From the NCBI GenBank assembly GCA_964016885.1, contig OZ024742.1:105090001-105154000 (forward strand): a DNA stretch of 64,000 nucleotides, in the 5' to 3' direction. The stretch comes from Eledone cirrhosa. Lineage: Eukaryota. The notes under the pieces were generated by a model. That model made no database searches, was not told where the DNA came from, and saw only the letters and a program-made list of their open reading frames with translations. The stretch's first letter is position 1. The number at the start of each line of letters is the position of its first letter. The translations under genes and the position numbers were made by a program. Shown here piece by piece: positions 56,961 through 64,000 of the stretch.

Positions 56961-57188
56961 TTCCTATATAGCTAGATGAATGGAAGAATCTACATACGTG
57001 CGGTGTGGAATATACATTAGTGGTGGGGACGTGTGTATACGTACACGTGTAAGTGTGTGTCTGCGTGTCTGTCTCTGTGTATGTGCCTGCGCGTGTGTGT
57101 GTCTGCGTATGTGTGTATCTATGTGAGAGTTCCCATATAGATAGTTAAATGAAAGAATATACGGATGATTGCCCATTATTTCACGTGT

Positions 57189-57270
57189 GGCCTTTCACCC
57201 TTACGGGGTCGATAAAATAAAGTACCAGTAATGTACTGAGTATATGCTGGCCTTGTGCCAATAGTAGAAA
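57189..57270 (+). mobile_element. Family 1 SINE 3' half, flanked by a 16-bp direct repeat
   Basis: CCATTATTTCACGTGT at 57173-57188 and 57271-57286. Confidence 0.85.
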
Positions 57271-57289
57271 CCATTATTTCACGTGTTAC

Positions 57290-57360
<71 letters not shown>

Positions 57361-57459
57361 ATACGTAGATGATAGTATGTATATGTCTATCGTATGTGTG
57401 TGTTGCCATATAGTTAGATCAATGAAAATATACGGATGGTTACACATTATTTCACATGT

Positions 57460-57642
57460 GTGGATTAACAGTATCGGTAGAGGGTCGGATGCCATGCTTC
57501 ACAGCATAGAGTTACGACCCTTTACGGCCTGAGTTTAAATCCCGCCGAGGTTAACTTTGCCTTTCATCCTTACGAGGTCGATAAAATAAAGTACCAGTAA
57601 TACACTGAGGTAATTGCTAGCCTTATACCAAAAGTAGAAACA
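57460..57642 (+). mobile_element. Family 1 SINE, near full length, flanked by a 14-bp direct repeat
   Basis: ATTATTTCACATGT at 57446-57459 and 57643-57656; matches the reverse complement of 36920-37107. Confidence 0.88.
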
Positions 57643-57854
57643 ATTATTTCACATGTTTCCTATAGGTGTCTTTCAATATTTCATATAGGTGTCTTTCAAT
57701 TTTTTTTTTTTTTATATAATCGATCTAAGATGATTCAAAAAAACAATACATATATACAAAAAGCAACTTCTTTCATGTGATCAGATAAATGTGACTGGCT
57801 ACTAAGATCTGGTGATCCTGCTGTCTTTGGAGTGGTTCTGGAAGAAGGGGTCGG

Positions 57855-58392
57855 TGTGTGTATGTGTGTGTATGTGTGTGTATGTGTAAGTATGTATGTG
57901 TGTATGTGTGTGTATGTGTATGTATGCGTATGTATGTGTGTGTATGTGTATGTGCATGTATGTGTATGTATGTGTGTATGTATGTATGTATGTATGTTGT
58001 GTGTATGTGTGTATATGTATGTATGTATGTATGTGTGTATGTGTGTGTATGTGTGTGTACGTATGCATGTGTATGTATGTGTGTATGTATGTATGTATGT
58101 ATGTATGTGTGTGTGTATGTGTGTATATGTATGTATGTATGTATGTGTGTATGTGTGTGTATGTGTGTGTACGTATGCATGTGTATGTATGTGTGTATGT
58201 ATGTGTGTATGTGTGTGTATGTGTGTATGTGTGTGTATGTGTGAATATTTATGCATGTGTATGTATGTGTGTTTGTGTGCTGGGTGTATGTGTGTGTGAA
58301 TGTATGTGTATGTATGTATGTATGTGTAAGTGCGCGCGGGAGTGTGTGTGTGTGTGTGTGCGAGCGCGCGAGTATGTGTGTGTGTGTGTGAG
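57855..58392. repeat. (TG)n/(TATG)n compound microsatellite
   Basis: Direct inspection. Confidence 0.95.
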
Positions 58393-58452
58393 CGCCTGTA
58401 GAAAGGTACTGATCGTCAGATTGGACCAAGGAAACAATGTTTCCATTTCTAA

Positions 58453-58749
58453 TAATTGTTTCTACTTTTGGTACAAGGCCAGCAATTACTCCAGTGTATT
58501 ACTGGTACTTTATTTTATCGACCCCGCAAGGATGAAAGGCAAAGTTAACCTGGCGGGATTTGAACTCAGAATGTAAAGGGCCATAACTCTATGCTGAAAA
58601 GCATGTTGTCCGACGCTCTACCGATTTTGCCATTCCATTTCTAATAATTGTTTCTACTTTTTGGCACAAGGCCAGCAATAGTCCAGTATATTACTGGTAC
58701 TTTATTTTATCGACCCCGTAAGGATGCAAGGCAAAGTTAACCACGGCGA
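58453..58749 (-). mobile_element. Two tandem family 1 SINEs (58453-58632 near full length; 58643-58749 5'-truncated)
   Basis: Central block present twice; TTCCATTTCTAATAAT at 58441-58456 and 58633-58648. Confidence 0.87.
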
Positions 58750-58794
58750 TCAGTGACAACTGTTGACAGACAGATCAATGTGAAATAAAATATA

Positions 58795-58884
58795 TTGCTC
58801 CAGAACAAATCGTGCGACAGGGTTCAGGAATTGAACGAATGGCCTTATGGTCAACATCCTAACAGCCTAACCACTTGGCCATGT
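58795..58884 (-). mobile_element. Degenerate tRNA-like SINE head
   Basis: Reverse strand CATGGCCAAGTGGTTAGG (A box) ... CGTTCAATTCC (B box). Confidence 0.5.
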
Positions 58885-59071
58885 TATACGTATGTTTATA
58901 TATACATACGTAAGGTTGCATACTTATATATATAAACATACATAACATACATACACGCACTTGTCTACTTACCTATACATAATATACATACACACACATG
59001 CACATTTACCTACATACACAAAATATACATAGGCCCGCGTACACATGTCTACTTACATATACAATATATAT

Positions 59072-59073
<2 letters not shown>

Positions 59074-59157
<84 letters not shown>
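59074..59157. repeat. Pure (TG)n microsatellite
   Basis: Direct inspection. Confidence 0.97.
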
Positions 59158-59158
<1 letters not shown>

Positions 59159-59278
59159 GGGTTCAAACGGGGTTAACCACCGTAAGTAAGGTACTCAATA
59201 CATAGCAGAGTATAAATTTTTCGAATGAAACAGTTCTAGTTCTGTAGAAGCCATTTCTATATATTAGAAAAAAACAAT
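59158..59278. mobile_element. Microsatellite-embedded element related to 50205-50336, with an internally inverted segment carrying a hammerhead 3' half
   Basis: Shared ~40-bp motif, then GAAA-CAG-TTCTAGTT-CTG-TA at 59227-59246. Confidence 0.5.
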
Positions 59279-59289
59279 ATATATATGTA

Positions 59290-59345
<56 letters not shown>

Positions 59346-59346
<1 letters not shown>

Positions 59347-59555
59347 CGAAGGAAATGTGGTAAGGAACCAGATGGACCATAACGCACCAAAGTACTCAAT
59401 ACTTAGGGTAGTAGAGTGGGTAATAGGAACGAGTAGGACCCCGACGGCTGAGCTCAAGCCGTTTCGACGGCTAATTCTGGAAATTAGTCCAGAAAAATTA
59501 GTCCAGAATTAGCCGTTGAAACGGCTTGAGTTCAGCCGTCGGCGTCCTACTCGTT

Positions 59556-59560
<5 letters not shown>
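59346..59560 (-). mobile_element. TA-embedded fold-back element with 59-bp arms, each carrying a hammerhead 3' half
   Basis: Arms 59423-59481 / 59502-59560 with 3 mismatches; GAAA-CGGCT-TGAG[C/T]TC-AGCCG-TC; GTACTCAATAC motif; (TA)n on both sides. Confidence 0.65.
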
Positions 59561-59625
<65 letters not shown>

Positions 59626-59658
59626 TATATATATATATATACACACATATGTATATAT

Positions 59659-59694
<36 letters not shown>

Positions 59695-59949
59695 ATAGAT
59701 ATAGATCTATAGATATATATATAGATAGATATATAGATATACAAATGGAAGTACAGCATATTAGAAGCTCGAGCCGCAACTAAGCCGACAAATGCAATAA
59801 GAAGTGCAGCCAAGCTCTCGATAAGGTATAAAGCCTTAGAGTAATAACATACAGTTTAAAGGGCTTTGCAAATTGAAGATAGCGACCGGTAATTCAGCCG
59901 CGGGGACCGTATCAACGAAAGAACTGACTCGCGAGAAAAAATACACACA

Positions 59950-59970
59950 TATATATATATATATATGATA

Positions 59971-60035
<65 letters not shown>

Positions 60036-60140
60036 TATATATGATATATATATATATGATATATATATATATATGATATATATATGATATATATATGATA
60101 TATATATATATATGATATATATATGATATATATATATATA
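59950..60140. repeat. (TA)n tract with periodic TGA interruptions
   Basis: Direct inspection. Confidence 0.93.
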
Positions 60141-60176
60141 AGAAGAAATTAAAAGATGGTTAAAAAAAGTTCCATG

Positions 60177-60247
60177 TATTTTATTATGCGCATTTCAAAA
60201 ACAAATATCATCCAGGGACGATATTTGCGTTCTCATCAGATAAAATA
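60177..60247 (-). ncRNA. Type I hammerhead ribozyme (minimal, palindromic stem III)
   Basis: Minus strand: TATTTTAT-CTGATGA-GAACGCAAATATCGTCC-CT-GGATGATATTTGTTTTT-GAAA-TGCGCA-TA-ATAAAATA; perfect 8-bp stem I, long stem II, complete CUGAUGA/GAAA/UH core. Confidence 0.85.
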
Positions 60248-60297
60248 GGGAGACATGATATGAAGCTTAAAAAGACACTTGTGAGCAAGGTATTGTC

Positions 60298-60332
60298 TAT
60301 ATATATATAGAGAGAGAGAGAGAAAGCGAGTA

Positions 60333-60364
<32 letters not shown>

Positions 60365-60373
60365 GGAGAGAGG

Positions 60374-60404
<31 letters not shown>

Positions 60405-60405
60405 A
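60298..60405. repeat. (TA)n(GA)n microsatellite ending in a G run
   Basis: Direct inspection. Confidence 0.92.
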
Positions 60406-60560
60406 TGAGTCTGCGGTGCTGAACCGGGGAGACCACCAATCATGAGTGTACTCAGAGCATGGGGAGATGAAGAATGGATATGGACATATGTAAAATCTGA
60501 CGGCGGCGCCAAGCCGCTTGGCTCCGCGGTCGGGATTTTATATATATATATATATATATA

Positions 60561-60660
60561 CAGGGTGTCCCCAAAAAATGTATACACACTTTGATTACCT
60601 GTACAGGCAATATTTATTAGAATGCTGTTGAAGTGTGTATACACTTTTTGAGATACCCTG
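60561..60660. mobile_element. 100-bp Tc1/mariner-type MITE
   Basis: Left CAGGGTGTCCCCAAAAAATGTATACACACTT versus right reverse complement CAGGGTATCTCAAAAAGTGTATACACACTT; TA on the left flank, CG on the right. Confidence 0.8.
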
Positions 60661-60979
60661 CGTGTGTGTGTGCATATATATATATGCAATAGCTCTAGCA
60701 AAGCATGCTTCTCTATAAAATAATGTAAACATACATATAGTCACGGTGTGAGCATTGCAAGCTGTGATGATATCGAAATAAGAGCGCGTATTTCAGTATT
60801 GTTATCCGTCAGCAGCTAAGCTTACTTATTACAGGATTCTGAGATATAGAAGGCAATATCCTATAGATTTGGTAAACTATATACATGCATATATATATAT
60901 ATACATACATATATTCACACACACACACACAATATACATACATACATGCATACATACATACATATATACACACATTATA

Positions 60980-61025
<46 letters not shown>

Positions 61026-61699
61026 TATATATACAGGAAAACGGATGTTGAATGATGATAATGTTTATATCTACATGATATGTATCTATCTATATATGTA
61101 TTTATCTACAAGCTATATATCTATCTACATACACCAAATTCTGAGTTCACCTTGATTGATTGAAAGTTTTTATATTCATGTGGGATTGGAGAAGTGTGTG
61201 TGTATATCACGATTTTATCGATGTGTATTGTTGATTTGAAATTTGAAATGTTGAAATCCAATCACAGATTAGCTACAACGATAATAGCGCTAGAAGATCA
61301 GGTAAAATACCCTTAAGAACAGAAAATGAGTGACATCCACTACAGTAAATTTGTATCTCTTGTATATATTTTCTTGGCTAGAATTCAAGAGATGCAGTGT
61401 TCGATTCTCTATAGTTATCATTACTTATAAAGATAGGAAATATATACTGAAAGAAAGAAGAAAAAAAATGAGAGAAAGAAAAATTCACAGAAAAACAAGT
61501 TTTATGAACTTCAAATTATCATCAGAAAGCATTAAGGTTCATTAATTATTTCTTGATTACATGAATTATGAGATGACATCGTAATATTTTTATATATTTT
61601 TGTTATACTTTGTAATATTTTTCTTTTTATATTTTGTAGGTAATCAAAGCAAAAATGGTTACAGGCAAATCAAAAAGAAAGTAATGATAATATAAATTT

Positions 61700-62077
61700 C
61701 TTATTTAGACACAAGGCCAGAAAATTTGGGGAAAGGGCAAAGCTGATTAAATCAACCCCAGTACTTGACTGGTACTTTATTTTATCGACCTCAGAAGGAT
61801 GAAAGGCAAAGTTAACCTTGGCAGAATTTGAACTCGGAACATAAAGAGCCAAAAGAAATAGTATTCAGCACTTGTCTGACATTAACAACTTTGCCAATTC
61901 ACAACCAAAATAATATGTTGGGAGGGAAAGCAGATTGTTTCAATCCCAGGACTTCACTGATACTATATTTTATCGAATCCCCGAAAAATAAAAATAAAAG
62001 TTGATAAGAACTGAGAATGTCAAGAGCCAGAACTTATACCACAATGTCATCCGATAGTCTACAAATCCTGCCAATTC
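61700..62077 (-). mobile_element. Two adjacent family 1-related SINEs (61700-61905; degenerate 61915-62077)
   Basis: CCCCAGTACTTGACTGGTACTTTATTTTATCGACCTCAGAAGGATGAAAGGCAAAGTTAACCTTGGCAGAATTTGAACTC, followed by a more decayed repeat of the same layout. Confidence 0.78.
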
Positions 62078-63733
62078 ACGACCCTTGAAAGTAATAATAT
62101 AGAAAAAAAGTAGTTATACTGACCTGTAGCGTTGTGGTGTTTCTGAGCCGTGATAGAGCCTTAGTTAACCAGTGGAAAATATCCCTCCATGGGTAAGTGA
62201 ACGACAAACATCTAAACTGAAAACATGCCATGCCTGGTAGAAGGACAGTGGAACACACTTCAGCATGGAGATAACTAAAATAGGAATATGCTAGTTTCCA
62301 GGGGTTAGGGTTATATGCGGGCCAGTGTGAAATCCTAGAGATGACAGTGGTAAATGCCCAGATCCAACTGTGTCCATGAGGAGCACCAGACTGCTGCAGA
62401 GGTTCAAATGTCAGCAAACGGTTGTCACCGATGGTGCTAATATAACTTGACATCTGACCCTAACATACCTTTGTACGATGAAATCCGGTTGCTGGAATGA
62501 ATGTGCATCTAGTGCGTTTAATGTGCCCAGGTGGGTAACAGCATTATAATTCCCTGTGAAAGTGAAAGTAGAGGAGGCGTGCCTGCATATTTTATTTACT
62601 TGTTAGATGTGTTTCGTTTCACTCATGGAGAAAGACTTGTTGGTTTCCTTATGAAATTCATGGTCAACACTGTATAACAACACTGTAGAATAACATGGGA
62701 ACAATGAGGCTAAAGGAAATTTTTTGACATTCCATCAGAATTGAAATATGATCGATGCTGGTTGTGAAATGAAAGAAAACAAAAGAGAGACAAGCTGACA
62801 GACTGACAGAAATAAAAAATAGAGAGAAAATGAAGGAAAACTAAATAAAGAGAGAGAAGGAAATGAAAAAAAAAGCTGTCTGCTGCTTTCAAAGAGTAAC
62901 TTGCCACGATCTTCTTCCTGTAGTAGCAGACAGCCGGTTCCAGCAACAGCAGTAGTCTAAGGAATGGCAGACGGCAGTAAGAAGACAGCCACTAAGGTAG
63001 ATTGTTGCAGCTACTCCGTTAATATTCTCACCTACACTACTACTACACCCACTGCCTCATGCTTTACTGGTGGCATGCTATAATACACAATCAATAACTG
63101 AACGAAAAACAGTCGTCAATGAATGAAGATTGTGTGTGAATTCAGCTAACACACTCATCTAGAAATTCTCAATCACAGAATGAAAGTGGCGCGACATGCA
63201 GGATCTATACAACAGCTAGAAAGCAATCGGTCAGGTGTGGGAAAACAAACAGCAGAATTATTTCTGATCATCTGCTGACTTCTATTATACTTATTCTTTG
63301 AAACTAATGCATTCTGAGGCATCTGTTACACAATCAACACATGACATCTATTACGTGATGCTTGTTACTCTACAGACTTGCATATTGCATGATGCATGTT
63401 ACATCACCTCCCCACATGTAGTTTGTAGCTGTTACATCACAATCGCATCCATTATATGATGCGTGCTACATCAGAGAGATATACATTATTTAACAGCTGA
63501 TAAATTAGTCACATGTGGATGTTCTGTGCTGTCAGTTACAAGCCACATGTATACTATGTGATATCACTGTTTACCACAATATGTATATCGTGTGATATCT
63601 TCACTATGGTACACTCACGTGTGTTATGTGATATCACTACTACACAACTGTCACATGAATATTGTGGGATACTTCTGTTATATACCACTCAATTGTATGT
63701 TGTAAGGTGTTTGCTACACATCAATTACATGTT

Positions 63734-63886
63734 CATTGTGGGATATCTCTGGTATACCATATTCACGAGTATATCGTGTTATACCTTGTGTTTCATCAAT
63801 GTCATTGTGGGATATCTCTGGTATACCATATTCACAAGTATATTGTGTTATACCTTGTGTTTCATCGATGTCATTGTGTGATATCT
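63734..63886. repeat. 69-bp tandem duplication (2.2 copies) within a degenerate GTGATATC-rich minisatellite (~63540-63980)
   Basis: CATTGTG[G/T]GATATCT starts at 63734, 63803 and 63872. Confidence 0.88.
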
Positions 63887-64000
63887 ATGTAAAAATAGCC
63901 ACATGTATATTCTGTAATGATAACTCTGTTATATCATACCTATTTAAAGATGTAATGTGTGATATCTATATTTCATCAATATTAGAGAGCAGAGAACATG

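Noticed and set aside
54022-59189. Long ORFs rich in CV, HT or YI dipeptides (also at 41-50 kb)
   Set aside because: Stop-free translations of (TG)n, (CA)n and (TA)n microsatellites
62321-62333. GGGGTTAGGGTTA telomere-like motif
   Set aside because: Only about two units; too short to call an interstitial telomeric repeat

Overview
Eukaryotic (animal) AT-rich, repeat-dominated DNA. The repeat landscape is octopus/cephalopod-like, which is an inference from SINE/LINE style and microsatellite load. Bases 1-~36,690 are one uninterrupted satellite array of 17-bp (GT[C/G]AGAAACTGTTATAT) and 15-bp (GTGAGACTGT[T/A/C]ATAT, GTGAGACTGTAGTAT) monomers, with kilobase-scale higher-order repeats and a divergent right edge; all ORFs there are translation artefacts. 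The remaining ~27 kb holds decayed RTE-clade LINEs (one ~3.1-kb copy with APE, RT and an inserted PHD-like finger), two tRNA-derived SINE families, TTAA-flanked and Tc1/mariner-type MITEs, and dense micro/minisatellites. The most interesting signal is a set of short islands embedded in (TA)n tracts. One holds a complete type I hammerhead ribozyme fold (60177-60247, minus strand); others are fold-back elements carrying hammerhead 3' halves and a shared GTA[C/T]TCAAT motif. These look like microsatellite-targeted Penelope-like or retrozyme relics. No intact protein-coding gene can be supported; weak exon candidates lie near 62.1-63.0 kb.
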